From assembly GCA_011109175.1 (NCBI GenBank), contig RDEW01000035.1:288069-352068 (forward strand): 64,000 bases of DNA, given 5' to 3'. This document shows, in pieces, positions 25,447 to 39,105 of the stretch (position 1 is its first letter; every line of letters starts with the position of its first letter). Origin of the DNA: Dicyema japonicum. Its lineage: Eukaryota; Animalia; Dicyemida. The translations under genes were made by a program, and so were the position numbers. The notes under the pieces were generated by a model, which had not been told where the DNA came from, did not search any database, and was given only the letters and a program-made list of their open reading frames with translations.

Positions 25447-26380
25447 CAGTAAAACCTCTCGAATCCGCCAAATTTGGGACCTGGAAATTACGGCGGATTC
25501 GAGAGGCAAATTTGAATTTTTTATAAATTATTAAAATGCATTTTTCCTAAATTTAAAGACTAATTATAAAATGAAAACATTAATTTTTTTTAAATAAAAA
25601 ATAATAATAATCAGTTATTCTTGTTTTAATGTTCGCTTTGATGTTTCTACTAACATCATCGAGGACATTGAAGACATTTAAGTTAACCTCATCCTTCTGT
25701 TTAAAGTACTTCTTCAATGTATAGACAGGATTCATTGCATCATAGTCTAAAACGACTTGTTATATTCTTTTGTTTTCCATCATTAATGCATTCTTTGTCT
25801 TCATCATTTTCATCCAAATTTTCCAGGATCTCTTCATTCTCTGTATACTCATAGAGAAGAAACTCATCTTCTGAATTGAATCATTTATTTGCAGCCTTGA
25901 CACGAATTCTTGATAAGTTTCAGGCGGAAACTCGTCATTAATTTTTCAATAAAATCTTCGGTCCATTTAGCATGTCGAAAACAGTTTATAATTGTTGTAT
26001 TATTCAGCTTTTTCCATGCTTGATAGGTATAAATTATAGGCTTTTTTCTTTACATGCTTCGGTTGATGATTTTCTGAGTTCAATTTTTTTCAGTTTTTTT
26101 ATAATTGAAATTTATTAAAAAAGGACAAAACATCAGTTAGCTGCCGCCCTCACTGCGTGGCTGTTCCCTCTCAGAATTGCGAGCAAATTCGCTTAAAAGC
26201 CAGCGGAGATCTCCAGTGCATGAGGTGATCGGTTTCCAAGAATTAAAAATTAAAAATAATAAGAAAATGAAAAAATTATTTTTAAAAATGCGGCAGATTC
26301 GAGAATTTCTCATAAGGAATTTTGTATTTTTGAAAAAATGTGGCGTATTCAAGAGGTGGCGGATTCGAGGGGTTTTACTG
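25447..26380 (-). mobile_element. pogo/Tigger-like non-autonomous transposon with TIRs and TA TSD
   Basis: TA-CAGTAAAACCTCTCGAATCCGCCA ... TGGCGGATTCGAGGGGTTTTACTG-TA; AWKKLNNTTIINCFRHA remnant. Confidence 0.9.
26133..26240 (-). mobile_element. CRE-like 3' tip nested in the pogo element
   Basis: TGDLRW...ILRGNSHAVRAAAN*. Confidence 0.7.
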
Positions 26381-26449
26381 TATTTGGCAATATTCTCAAG
26401 GTTTCTGATCTTTGATTTGTGCGTAGGCTTGGACTGTCTCCCATTTATT

Positions 26450-27240
26450 TAAAACCAAGAATCACCGGGAATGGGTAGCCGTCAGGTGATCTCGGTTTCC
26501 TTTAGCAGTCTTCTCATCCTTTCTCCGAGTTCCTCCCGGGAGCCTACGCACTTCATGTATGAATGAGACACTTTTCGGAATTTTGGAGATTTCAATTGGT
26601 CTCCCGTTCTCCTCACAAGTTCCTCAAACGAAGTTGGGATTAATGACGAGGAGAACCTTTATAGGGCCCTCGTGGCTGTTTCTTGGAAGACATTGATCTT
26701 CTTTAGATTCGTATTGGTTTGTTCCCCATGCCGCACAGCAGTAGCTGATTGTCAGTTGAATGTATAGAGTTTAAAAGTGGCTTGTTGTGTAGAAGCAGCC
26801 TTTGTAGTATCCGAGTAGTGTTTTTACAAAATTTAGTTTTCGTTGGAAGAAATGACGTTGCTGGCATGTTTTTGAAAGTCATAAGGAAGTCTAATATGAT
26901 CCCCAGTATTTTGATAGAGTTGGCGGAGGGGATTGACATTTCATTAAGTGTACAAAAATAATGCTGAGTTTTTTAGTCTTCTGTTTGAAGTAAAAAATCA
27001 TTGTGTTAGAGTTTTCAGGAGTGTGTGTAATAAGTTCTTCATAATCCAACAGCTCAGATTGTCCAGTAAATTTTGTAAGCGAGTACCCGCTATGTGAATA
27101 TACTGGTCTCTTGTTGCCAAGATTACTTCGTCAGCATAAGCGAGGACCAGAGTTTCGTTGCTGCTATGGAAAGTCAAATCGCTCATAAAGAGGTTGAAAA
27201 GACTGGGTGACAGTCGGGATCCATGTAGTACCCCATTTTG
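26450..27240 (-). mobile_element. Ingi-like LINE, RT to 3' end
   Basis: GVLHGSRLSPSLFNLFMSD...LAYADE, KILGIILD; ends RRLLKETEIT*. Confidence 0.85.
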
Positions 27241-27779
27241 TAAAAATTTATTAACAGCAAATATGTACTATGGAATTACTGTAACCACATACAAATTTAA
27301 TTGCTACTGATTTCTCTCCAACTCGGAGGAATGCTTGTTAGAAAGAAAAGGGATCAACGAAAAGGATTATGACTAAGACAAAAGATTGGAATGGCTATAC
27401 ACTGATGGAATTCGTTCGCAATCCACGCAGCAAGCTTCCTTAACTGACATTTTTTTAATTGTTAAAAAAATATTTAAAAAATTACTATTATAACTTTAAA
27501 GTTAGTTAGGTTAAAAAATAAAATTTAAATATTCAATTTTAAAAACATTAAAATTTTGGTACTTATTAAAAAGGTGGTATTCTTCGAGTAATCGAACAAT
27601 ATATTGTGAGTAATTGGTAGTGGGAACAAACGGGGGACCACAGACGTTGGATGACTCGACTAATTGCGAGAATTGGTATTGCCTAACTGTTTAACCTTTC
27701 TCTATTTTCTTTATCAGTGATCCCGGGGTTCTAAATATATAAATACATTATTTGGGATTCACTGTATGAAAAACAGTTA

Positions 27780-28400
27780 TTTAAAAAATTTATGTAGTTC
27801 AATAATTTGAAGTTTATGTATAGTTCTTCGAAGTTCTGTAATTAAAGGGACATGATAATTTAACAAATAGCTTTTTATATAACTATTCCCTAATTTTGTG
27901 AAGTGAAATATCGGCATTTAAAAATGCTTTAACCAAAAGATATCTATTTTTCTTCGTTATCTTAAGTAAGATAAAGTTGAGTGGTCTCTATTCTTTTAGC
28001 ATTTAGTCTGACGTCTTTTTTCATTAAGAGGTAGAGCGGTGTAGTATTGTTAGATGATTTTACTATCTTACAACATTTTGGCAAAATAAATCTCCTTTAC
28101 ATGTTATTGTAAATATGTATTAGTTTTTAGAAATTGCTTTTGAAATTCGTTACTTATTTTGTCCTGATTTCTAGTACTTTTAATTATTGACAAAATGCAA
28201 ACCTGTCATTAAATGAAGACTGCTAGTACCCAACAAAAAACAATTTATAATTTTTAATTTAAAAAGAAATGAAAAAATACTTACAAAATTAAAAAAAATC
28301 AAAATAATTCTGTCCTATTTTAGGACAATTTTACCTTTGAAATAGGACAAATAGGACAATGTCCTAATTTTTTGTCCTAAATAAAACAATTTCCGCCCTA
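27780..28400 (-). mobile_element. hAT-like 5' terminus with subterminal taggaca/tgtccta repeats and a zinc-finger remnant
   Basis: TAGGGCGGAAATT end at 28400; about six taggaca motifs in both orientations; GDLFCQ..CKIV. Confidence 0.5.
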
Positions 28401-28610
28401 ATAATTATTTTTAATTTTTTACTCTTTTAAATTAATTATACCAAAAAATGTAAATAAATTTATTCAAATTTGTAATTGGCTGGCGGCACACCGTTTGACA
28501 ATTTCTGGCCTAACTGCATCCAAAAGAAATCTCTCTACTAAATGAAGGGCTTCTCACAATGGTGGATATGGATGGACTACGACCACTTCGACTGAAGTAA
28601 ATTTAAATTT

Positions 28611-28925
28611 ATTAACTCGGATACACCGAGAAAGAAGTTAAAGTAAACAACTAATTAAGTGCATCCAGTTTCCACACAGAAACAGAGTTCATCCGGAATA
28701 AGCATAAAGAGTAAAAGAAGTTCATAGTTGCAGTTGTGTAAACCCCTCCAATGGAGTGGGGGAGATCAAATGATCCTTTTTCGTGCCAGCCAGGCACTGG
28801 GCGCCACCTAGACAGGTAGATCACATGACGCCAGTCTAATAGGAAGAGAGAGGAAGAACAGACAAACAATCAGAAAACTTCAACCAATTAACCACACAGC
28901 ACCACATGACACCACGCGGCTAATA
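28611..28925 (-). mobile_element. Full-length core SINE: GCCGCG fold-back head, Ingi-like tail
   Basis: gccgcgtggtgtcatgtggtgctgtgtggt, then pyrimidine linker, core, and ggaaactggatgcacttaattag...gtatccgagttaataaa. Confidence 0.8.
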
Positions 28926-29079
28926 TTTAATTCTTTAACTGAAGGAACTAGATGCACCTTAATTAAAAGCTAATTAACCTCTATCCAGTGTATACAGGTT
29001 TATTAAATAAAATAGAAAATAATTATAGATACTATGATTAGAGATAATTTTCAAAATTAGTAGAAACATTAATTAATAC

Positions 29080-30845
29080 ATGCGTATGTGGTTCGCCGTT
29101 TTTGCAGGCGCAAGTTGTGGATTCAACTTCACAATCAAAAAGGACCCACTACCCTTTCCAATCCAAGAAGAGTATCTTTCCTGGTCTGCCTTACCAATCT
29201 TGGTCGAAGCTTTGCTGATGCTCTCAGGGGAGATAAACCAAAATCCCGGTCAACCAAAACCCATCGTCCTCTTAGAACTAAACATTAACGCAATAAGAAG
29301 GAAAGTTCTGGAGCTCAGAGACCTTCTAAAAAACAGGACACAGACATTTGCCTACTTCAAGAAACAAGATTGTCTTTCTCCACTTGCTCCCCAGTCTTCC
29401 CAGGCTACAACATTATTCGGTGTGACCGCCCTTCTGATCGCGGAGGTGGAGTAATCACACTTATCAAGAAGGAAATCTCTTTCACGGAGAGGGCACACCT
29501 CTACTTCCCCATCCCGTTGAATACATCACAATTTCAACCAACATTGGATGCCTCAGTGAATTGAACCTTTATGTACCTCCTCTCGGTTCGTGCCACAGCT
29601 TTTCACTTCCAGACATCGTCCAACCCGATAACCTATTAGTGTGTGGAGACCTGAACGCGAAACATCCGATGTGGTTCAAAAACCAACCGAAAGATGCCAG
29701 AGGAATCCACTTGCTATTGACGCTGAATAAACTTGTGATATTAAAGAACCTATATTCAACACAAGAACCCCTCACAGATCAAACGACAGAACGTCCTACC
29801 CCGACCTGACGCTTGCTTCCCAAAAATCGCCGCCTTAATCAATTGGTCAGTATCATACGACACTACCAGTGACCATAACCCCATCATCACGTTCAAATGA
29901 AGATTGTCCATTGAAAGGAAAACAATGTTACGGCCAGACTACAAAAATGTCAACTGGAGTTTGTTCTCACACTACGTCGATTATAACTTGTATGGTTTTG
30001 ACCCTAACAACTTCAACTCTCTCGATAATGCTTTAATACACTTCAATGGTGTATTGCGTGAGAGCATGAGGACTTTTATCAAAAGAAAGCCAAATCTATC
30101 TCACGAAGAAGCCTTCTTGCACATCCGACTCGATTAAAAGAAATTGCCTAAAAAGCCTACAGAAACAATCTTAGGAAACCAGGACGAGGATCCGAGCCTT
30201 GGAGAGATCAGATACAAGGCTAAGATGAAACAGGAAAGAGACTGGAATAACCTTATGTAAACCATTAAACAAACAGTCCTCCCTCACGAAGATGTGGAAC
30301 AATCTTCGGGCTTTACCAAGTCATTGAGACCGCCTCCTTGCGAAGACCTGGAAACAAGATTTAAAAGTTTACTTTTCCGTGAGCTTTATCCCACATCAGA
30401 AAATTGAGGTTCCTCCCATCCTCAATAAAACCAAAACGCGAGGCAATCTCGAACAGCCTTTCAATGGACGTCTGTGGAAAGATATTCAAAACCAGAAATC
30501 GTCTTACCCAAGTGGTCCAGATGGAATAACTCTATTGTACTTAAGAAGATTGGCCCCTACACATCTTGGCCTTGACCAGAATTTACAACCTCTCCATCAG
30601 TAGGAACTCGATCTACTCTATGGAAATTATCTCATATTAGGCCCATCTTAAAACCTGGACGGCCGAAGGACTCACAGACCAATATCCCACATTTGTGCCA
30701 CATCCAAAATCGTGGAAAAACTCACTCTCGGTCAGATTAAACCTCACCTCCCAGACGTATCATTCAAGCATGGTTTTAAGAAAGCTCGTTCCACAACTAC
30801 CCACCTTACTTGCTTGACAAAATTCATCAAGGAAGGCCTTCAACT
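29080..30845 (+). mobile_element. Ingi/Vingi-like LINE 5' part: 2A-like motif, APE, RT N-terminus; decayed
   Basis: LLMLSGEINQNPGQP, LELNINAI, LQET, RGGGV, NLYVPP, CGDLNAKH, SDH, GPDGI, HGF. Confidence 0.9.
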
Positions 30846-31069
30846 TACGGGGGACGACTAGATGGTTTTTTACACAAACATGACATCAAAAGACCATTAT
30901 GTGTTCCATTGACATTTTTGGTTGAACTGGTGACGTGTTCTTAAATTATGTCTTTATCACACATGTCGAATAATCTGTTCACATAATGTATTTTAGAAAT
31001 AATAGACAATAAATTAATTAGTATCAAATATCATTGAAATTTACATGATAAATTTAATTTTTTTATTAA

Positions 31070-31505
31070 AAAAAGAAAAGAGAGTAAACGGTTATATAGC
31101 GGCTGCCCTGACTGCGTGGTTATTCCCTCTCAGGATAGCGAGCGAGATTCGCTCAAATAACCAGCAGCGCTCACGAGTGTCTCCTGTTCATGTCTCCTCT
31201 AGATTGACTAAAGAATGACTCAAGCATCCAGCGTCGCAAGTGCAAGGGAACCAGACGTCTCAACGGCGAGAACAAAAAATCTTGGTAGGACCGCGACTTT
31301 TCCCGTTTCAATCTATCTCGGCCTTCTCAGCGGAAAAAACAGGCTGCAGAAGCAACATGGATTAGGTTGCAGAGGCAAATGTGTCGGTGCAGGTAACGTC
31401 CCAGACAAGAGGTTTCTCAACTTCAAAGGGAGGATGTCATCCCATCTGGTCGTTTCCCGCCTGCAAAGACCGACAGGTTGAGCATGGAGGGGTGTCCGGC
31501 GGCGT
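31070..31505 (-). mobile_element. CRE-like RLE 3' part (second subfamily)
   Basis: GKRPDGMT...LVWDVTCTDTF...AVETSG...TGDTRERCWLFERISLAILRGNNHAVRAAAI*. Confidence 0.85.
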
Positions 31506-31689
31506 CAAAGCTCGTAATTTCAATACTTACAAATTAATAATATTTCAATACACAATAAATTTTTTTTTTTTCACCAAAAAAAATACACAATAAATTGTAA
31601 TTTCAATACAAAATTAATTATCTACTTTTTAATTTTTTCATTAAACCAAATCAGAGAATTACACTAGGGCGATTTACACTATCTGAAAC

Positions 31690-31862
31690 ACTTGACAGAG
31701 ATCTAAAGCTCGTGAACAAACGTCAAAGAAGTGGGGACGAGTTGAGGAAACTTTTTTACGATCGAGGAAGTTGGAAGAAGTTGGTTCGGAGGATTGTTTT
31801 GAATGCTGCACAAGTGAAATTATAACTATTATGATTTTACGAATGTTGCTTATAATAATAAT
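31690..31862 (+). mobile_element. RTE 3' tail
   Basis: Homologous to 22570-22742. Confidence 0.85.
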
Positions 31863-32689
31863 AACCATCAGAGAAATTCTATAACATTGCAATAAAATAG
31901 AATTAAATTCAATTAAAGATAATAAAATCCTGAGAATATAGAAATTTTCCTTCACATAAAAAAAGGAGAATATTACAAGCGTCTATGGTTTCTATTGATT
32001 ATTTAAACGCTATTCTGCTTTTTTGTACCAAAAAGAGCCAAAATGTTTGGAATTGAGTGGTTTTTGACGTTTTTCATGCTTGAGAATCGTTCAGCATCAT
32101 TATCAGTGATTAAGCGAGTCATCGAGCAGAGATGTCGATGTTAAGTCTTATAATCACACATATTGAATATCATCCTGATTTCTGACAACATACTAAAATA
32201 ACATTTTCGTAACTTCAAATCCTTAGAGATCAATCGTTAGGAAATCAACCCTACTGTCTCATCAAGACTGCGAATCGATATATTTCGCAGTCATAACAGC
32301 TATAATAGAGACTTCTTTAACGTAACCAATAGCTAACAGCAATGTGACAACTAAAGTCGTGCGCTCTGTTACGTATATCTGTTATGACGAGGAAATCGAA
32401 GGCGAATCGGGACAAAACAAGATGGCCCAGTTTCCACTCCTCTAGAAAGCAGAAGAGGTACAGCAACAAGGTCAATCGTCGAATTATGTTCAAATAGTCT
32501 TTTAAACCAGTGATAGAAACTTGATAGTGGACATGAACTTCCAACCATCGAAAAGCAGCTTTTTTTACCAGGGATTTGATGACATTAGTAGAAACCCAGT
32601 CGTTGATCATTATGAGAGACGACTAGATGTCTCCATTAATTAAAAAGCTGAGTTATTTGTTTAACAACCCAAGGCCAAGGTAAAACCAA

Positions 32690-33000
32690 TCTAATTATAC
32701 GTGGTCCTGATGCATTCTAAGGTGACTGACTGCCTTCCGAATTTTTTATCAGAGGTAAAAAGGCGTAAACGACTTCTCTGCATTCGCCATGAATTGGTTT
32801 TCCAGCATCCAGCATTAAGCTAATCCAAGTTAACTGCATCTTTTATGTGACCTTCTGGCGAAGCTAACACAAGATCATCCTCAAAGGAGAGTAAAAAATC
32901 ATTATCATATTCTAGAGTCAGGATATCTACCAGAGAGAAGTCAAACAGAGCAGAAAATAAGGAAGATCCTTGAGGGACTCTGTTGGAGAAAAACGTGAGA
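32690..33000 (-). mobile_element. LINE RT fragment
   Basis: VPQGSSLFSALF...LLSFEDDLVL. Confidence 0.65.
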
Positions 33001-34989
33001 TGAAATCCGAGGCATAAACGTCCCCATCGTCCACTTAGAATTGAAGCAATCCAAGTAACAATTCTTCATTTTGTCTTCAGAGATTGTGCGATACAATTTC
33101 CGGTTAGCATTTTGTAATTGTAGCTGCTAGGAATTCATGAGATCTTTAAGGGTCGGACGCGACTTAATTCGATAACATACATAACATAGGAACTCTCATC
33201 AAGTTGACCTCTTTCTTGATCTTCACCACAATCGGATATACGTAGAAAGATGACCAATTAGTTTTGGATAACAGTGACAAGGAGCAGAATGTTACGTTCT
33301 GTGAGGTAGGTGATCCGTCATTAGCAACGAAAGCTGGTAGTAATTTATTTTTATTTAACACCCAAGACCACGGTAAAACCAAAACTAACTATCACGTGAT
33401 CCCGATGCGCTCCGCCAAAATTCTCATTCTTTCCCGGTACTCCTCCTTCGTACTCACACAAGCTCGTACAGGGCTGCTGACTGTATTTGCAGGGCCACCT
33501 TCCCGCATGCCGGAGTAATGATAAGAACTTTTTTGAATTAAAAAAATAATCAAAATCTTATTAAAATAAAAAAATAATATGATTTAAAAATTTTTTATGT
33601 TGAAGATCTAAGCTTCTTAGAAAGGCCTTTTAAAATTAAGGAACGATGGACTTTTGAAAGTTCTAATCTCCAATGCCTCTGGTATCCTTTATAGGGAAGA
33701 ACCGAGTATCGTCCTGTTGTGACTACAAAGATCCAGTTATATGGCTAATATGGGCTTGTGTGGGCTCGAAGGAGGAGCAACGGGCCAAGTTGAGATATTT
33801 GTTAGAGCGTACTATGATCACATGATTGGTTAGTTTGAAGTTACCGTGATCTTTGGAATATTTTCGTTTCATTTTTCCGGTTTAAAATTCTGGTGTTAAA
33901 TTGATCATTTTTCCAATAAAGAAAAACTTTTTTCAACAGGAATAATGTAGAAAGACACTTTATCAGAAACTTGTATATATGGAGAGAGAGAGAAATAAAT
34001 GCTTTTTCCGTTCTAAATAGAAATAACTTGATCGACAGAAAACCTAAATTCGCAATATTTCTCTAATCTTCACTGAAATGCATTTTTGAATGTCTTCTAT
34101 GGTAAATAAGTCTTTTGTACGATCTTTGTTCAATTGTTTATCTCAACTTGTCTTGTTTTTCATCGTGGAACCACCATCGAAGGAAAAAGAAGATCAACGT
34201 CTTCCAAATATCTACTGATTTTAGACAACAGTTGTGAAGTTGTAGAACTCAAATTCTCATGAGATGAAGCTATTACAAAGATCATGGGTAAACCAAACTA
34301 CCTGACTTTGAAGTGTTACAGTATACCCCTTATCCAAGTACAGTGATCCAGAGGATATTGTCTGGGAACCTGAAATTGAAACCAAAACTCGTCGACTGTG
34401 AGCGAAAAGTATTTCTGTGGAATGAAAAGATTTAATGGTGGATCCGATCCTTAATTTATTCAATTGCCTTTTTGATTGAACGTGTCATCACAATTTATCA
34501 TTTATTAATTTGAAAGCACAAGACCACCAAAAAAGAAAGGTTAAACACGCTAATTAGGCGATCCCAGAACTGGACTATTTCCCGAATTTATAGAAAGCGT
34601 GTTGGATCGCGGGAAGTACATCGAGAAATGTTGAGAAAATTACTAAGTGAACCTAGTGAATATGTTTCCTCCATAACTTAGCGAGATTTGTTGTTTTNCC
34701 TTCTTGATTGAACGTGTCATCACAATTTATCATTTATTAATTTGAAACTACAAGACCACCAAAAAAGAAAGGTTAAACACGCTAATTAGGCGGTCCCAGA
34801 ACCGGACTATTTCACGAATTTTTAGAGAGCGTGTTGGATCGCGGGAAAAACATCGATAAATGTTGATAAGACTACTAAGAGAACCTATTGGACATGTTTC
34901 CTTCATGACTTAGCGTGATTTTTTGTTTTTAAAATAAAAAAATAATTTTTGATTTATTAAAAGAAAGATTTAGATAATTAATTTTTTGC

Positions 34990-35425
34990 AGACAGGATTG
35001 CGCATGCGTTTCCACGTAATACGACATTCCCGATTCATTGTCTTAGCAAGAACGATCGTGGAATTCTATTTTTTGGCCTGCTAATTTCTCTCTTATTTCT
35101 TTCAGAAAGGCCGCAGTGAAAGATCCTACTCCAATAGCCGAGTACTTCTGGATTTTGACCATTTCTGCTGCGTTGGTAACAGATCCACGTTTATGAGCAG
35201 ATCTCAGGAGTGAAGTGGAAAAGGTATCCACACAGGTTACATCCCAGACCAATGATTTTCCGTGTTAATATGCAAAAGCNATCCAGGTTTATGAGCAGAT
35301 CTCAGGAATAAAGTGGATAAGGTAACCACATAGGTTACATCCCAGACCAATGATTTTTCGTCTTAATATACAAAAGCGTCATTCCGTCTGGACTCTTGCC
35401 ATCTCCACGATCCAGTCCGACAGGC
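34990..35425 (-). mobile_element. CRE-like RLE fragment, partly duplicated around an N
   Basis: EPVGLDRGDGKSPDGMT, VWDVTCVDTF, AAEMVKIQKY. Confidence 0.8.
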
Positions 35426-35479
35426 TCTTTGATTTATATAATATTTTCTATTAAAAACTATATTTTTATAAGTTTAAAC

Positions 35480-36670
35480 AATTTTAAAGAACACATTGAT
35501 TTTTGACCTTATTTACAATTTTTTTGGCTTTGGGTATGACTAGTGACATGTGTGTTCTGTCTGTGCGAAGCTACAAGTATAATGGTTTTCGCAAAAAGTA
35601 TTGTTTTTTGAGAAAAATCGCCTTAGTTATGAAACGTACATAATTAGCAATGTGAACGGTTTAGGAAGTTTTTTGCGATATAAGAGTTATTTTCAGAGTT
35701 TTAGCACAATTCATCTCATAGAACGTCAAAACAGACCAACTTCCTCCCCCAATCAAAATTTATCAATCATTATTGCTTCATAAAACTTGTTTTTTATAAC
35801 CAACGCACGTAATTTTCAATGTCCTTTTAAAGACAGTAACCTGGAAGACGACATTTATAAAACAAAATATTTGCTCTGCTGTTTTTTTATCGACCTCCGA
35901 TCTCAGTATGGGTCATCTCTACTAAGTACCCTTAGCTTGTATGACCATAATTTAAAACTAATTTGCGAGGTTCTATTTTTCATTTTAAAAGCTAATATAA
36001 GTGTTCCGCGGCATATCGATTGACAATCTCTGATCTTGTCTAATTAGTGAGATAATTGACCTTGCATTTCCTTCACCAATAGTGAAATTGCAGAAGCTAA
36101 CTGAAGGTAATCAACTTGTTGCATCGTCACACTGCAAGGCATCTTATTAGTTTTATTCGCAATTGTTTTTGCGAATAACATTTTATTTTTAGTTTGATTT
36201 AAAATCTGTTTTATTCGTAAAATTTTGGAATAGATTTTGTGACTATTTAGTTTGCAAGATTTAATGCATTAACCATCTGTGAATGGTTTTCCCATTTTGC
36301 TATCTCATGACTGACGATGAAGTTTCCAATGTTAGTAGTCTTAGCAGACTGCCTCCAATAATTAAATGTTGAACTTTGAATTTTAATATTTTTGGAGTTT
36401 TTCGCAGCTAGTTTTCGTGCATCGCCATTTGGATATTTTTTTGAAAAATCATGTTTTCTCTCCAGATTTGACTTTTTCTTCTGGTTGAATGTTTCGTGGG
36501 AAAAGAGACATTTTGGAAAGTTATCTGAGCTTAATATGATGGCAAAAGTCCATTGAGGTTAAAAAACGTTTTCTATCCGTTTTTTACTAATTTTCTTATT
36601 CATAATAATAAATAATAGTGCAAATTTGCCACAACATTATAGTTAATCAATTAACGCCGCTTGTGCCGTA
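35480..36670 (-). mobile_element. hAT (SPIN/GTF2IRD2-like) transposase 5' part, decayed
   Basis: PQW.F....PKCL...KKSNLER, GKPFTDG, LALDESCD-like and V.TDG-like remnants, tgtgccg subterminal motif. Confidence 0.7.
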
Positions 36671-36689
36671 CCCGGGATAATTTTTACTG

Positions 36690-37545
36690 TCAGATGCCTC
36701 CACTTTCCTCTTGAGATTTTACGGAAGTCGTCTAAGTTTTGGTTTTATGGTTAAAGTGGTGACGTCCCTCTTTTTCACTGTCTTATACAAACTCTGGAGA
36801 ACTCGTCTTAGTGACATTTAATGTGAGAAGAATTGTGACCTCAATGCAAAGACACAACTGAATGAAGACCTCACTCGTTATGAAGTTTCTGNTGTCAGAT
36901 GCCTCCACTCTCCTCTTGAGATTTTACGGAGGTCGTCTAAGTTTTGGTTTTATGGTTGAAGTGGTGACGTCCCTCTTTTGCACTGTCTTATACACACCCT
37001 GGAGAACTCGTCCTAGTGACATTCAATGTTAGAGGAATTGCGACCTCAATGCAAAGACACAACTGAATGAGGACATCACTCGTTATGAATATTCTGTAGC
37101 CTGCCTTCAGTTAACCAAAGTGAAAAGGAGACTTGATGAAGTCGTGGAAACACACAAAGTCATCTGCTAGAACCATTCAACTGAAGTTGTGCAAAACTCT
37201 GACTACTGTTATCAACGCATATGCCTCGACTATGGGCTTAGCAATGAATTGTCCAGATGAAGTTGAAAACTTCTACACGTAACTCGCGATGACAATGGAC
37301 GATATTCTTGCTTCCCCCCTAGTTTTTCTTGCCGGTGACTTGAACGCAAAAGTTGGAACACGTAGCACGGACGAAAACTTCATTGGAAACCATAGTAGAA
37401 GGAAGAGAAATTCTAATGGTACTGCAGTCGAGGATTCTGCTGTGCATTTGACCTCTTTCTATGCAACACAGCGTTCAAACACCCCTCAAAATACATGAAG
37501 ACATAGGTCTGACAGAGAAATATCAGAGTGGTGCCGATTTACAAT
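36690..37545 (+). mobile_element. RTE APE endonuclease remnant, 5' part duplicated around an N
   Basis: LVTFNVRG, ACLQLTK, INAYA, AGDLNAKVG, NSNG. Confidence 0.8.
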
Positions 37546-37639
37546 TAAATTAATTATTTCTTGTGTAAGTGTGAATTTATATTCACAGACATAATTGAAG
37601 AGCCACAAATTAAGCCACGCAATTTATGATTTATTTATG

Positions 37640-37860
37640 TTAATAACCCCGGCAACACCGAGAAAGAAGAACAAAAAAGTCAGACAGTTAGGTGATCCCA
37701 GTCCTCGCAATCAATTGTGCCATTAGAGTCTGTGATCTTCCATCGTCCCCACTACTTTCCGGAAGAGCCTTCTCTCGGTCTTTCAGAAGAATTCGATCGG
37801 GGAGAGGAATTTCCTATCCAATCGGTATTCTCTTGCCATGGAAATGAACAGGCGAAATAG
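37640..37860 (-). mobile_element. LINE 3' tail
   Basis: gactgggatcacctaac...ccggggttattaa terminal motif. Confidence 0.55.
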
Positions 37861-37960
37861 TAATGAAAGAAACAATAGTTGTTGTTATTTTAAATTATAT
37901 TTAGGAGGACTAATTGCATCCTATAAAATTGCAATGATTATTCCAAAAATGAGAGTTCCC

Positions 37961-38511
37961 AAGAGGAATTAATTATGTTAAAAATTCAATCCAGAATTAA
38001 AGCTATATTATAATGATTCACAATCACCTGTTATTTTTTTGGCAAAATATGAAAATAAAAGAGAGTTATCCAAAATTGTGGACAGAAATAGCACAATTGC
38101 TACTCTATTTTCCGACATCATACTGTGTTGAATGCGGATTTAGCATTCTACATCGAATTGTAAATAAAGAACGAAACAGATTGGATGTGTCCATTAGAGG
38201 AGATATTCGTTTAAAAATAACACAAATAGTGCCAAATACCGAATCTTTGGTGAAAAAACATCAGTCACAGGGATCCCATTGGTATTTAATTTTTTTTATT
38301 ATAGATTTATGCTAAGATACTAACTTAACATCGAGTATATACTTTTTTTGTTTGATTTGATTTTTAACAATGAATTCATTTTAGATTGTTAACTAATTTT
38401 AATTAGAATTGTCTATTCTAAATAAAAAAGCTTTAAGGGGTCGATTAAATATTAGGGGGGTCGAAAAAAAAGTCAAGGGGTCGACGAGTAAAAAAAGGTT
38501 GAGAACCCCTG
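37961..38511 (+). mobile_element. 3' part of the same Buster hAT family as 14176-16199
   Basis: Near-identical to about 15653-16199; TIR AGGTTGAGAACCCCTG followed by ctgTAgac. Confidence 0.95.
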
Positions 38512-38998
38512 CTGTAGACCATTGTCTTCGAGAAGATAAATCTCCATTCAACGGAGGTATACTCAACGGCTGGCGAGATTGTTGGTTGGTAGAGAATAGA
38601 AACAGTAAAGTCCATAGAATTTATGATTAAGTGAGTAAGATTTTTATAATTAAAAAAATATGCAAAGATTTTAGTAATTTANACATCTTAAAAATTTAAT
38701 TTTTTTATTTTTTAATGTGTGCCGTGGATTATTTTTTTTACGATTAGTGTGCCGCGAGAATTATTTTTTGAAAAGCTCTGCTGTATACCATTGTCTTCGA
38801 GAAGATAAATCTCTATGCAACGGAGGTATACTCAACGGCTGGCGAGATTGTTGGTTGGTAGAGAATAGAAACAGAAAAGTCCATAGAATTTATGATTAAG
38901 TGAGTAAGATTTTTATAATTAAAAAAATATGCAAAGATTTTAGTAATTTAAATAAAAATAAAAATTTAATATAAATAGACTAAGATGTACAAAAAACT

Positions 38999-39105
38999 TG
39001 GCCGCGTGCTGCCATGTGGCCCTATGTGGATAGTGGGTCAAAATTTTATTATTCTTCTTCCCGATGGAGTCATTGGTTCCACCTTACTGATGAGCCGCCC
39101 AAGGT
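38999..39105 (+). mobile_element. Core SINE, 5' part
   Basis: ggccgcgtgctgccatgtgg head, linker, gtcattggttccacc...gccca. Confidence 0.55.

Noticed and set aside
31095-31170. Repeated pseudoknot-like sequence (also 26140 and 56481) suggesting an HDV-like ribozyme or ncRNA
   Set aside because: The opposite strand is the coding C-terminus of CRE-like elements (ERISLAILRGN), which explains the conservation. No canonical P3/L3.
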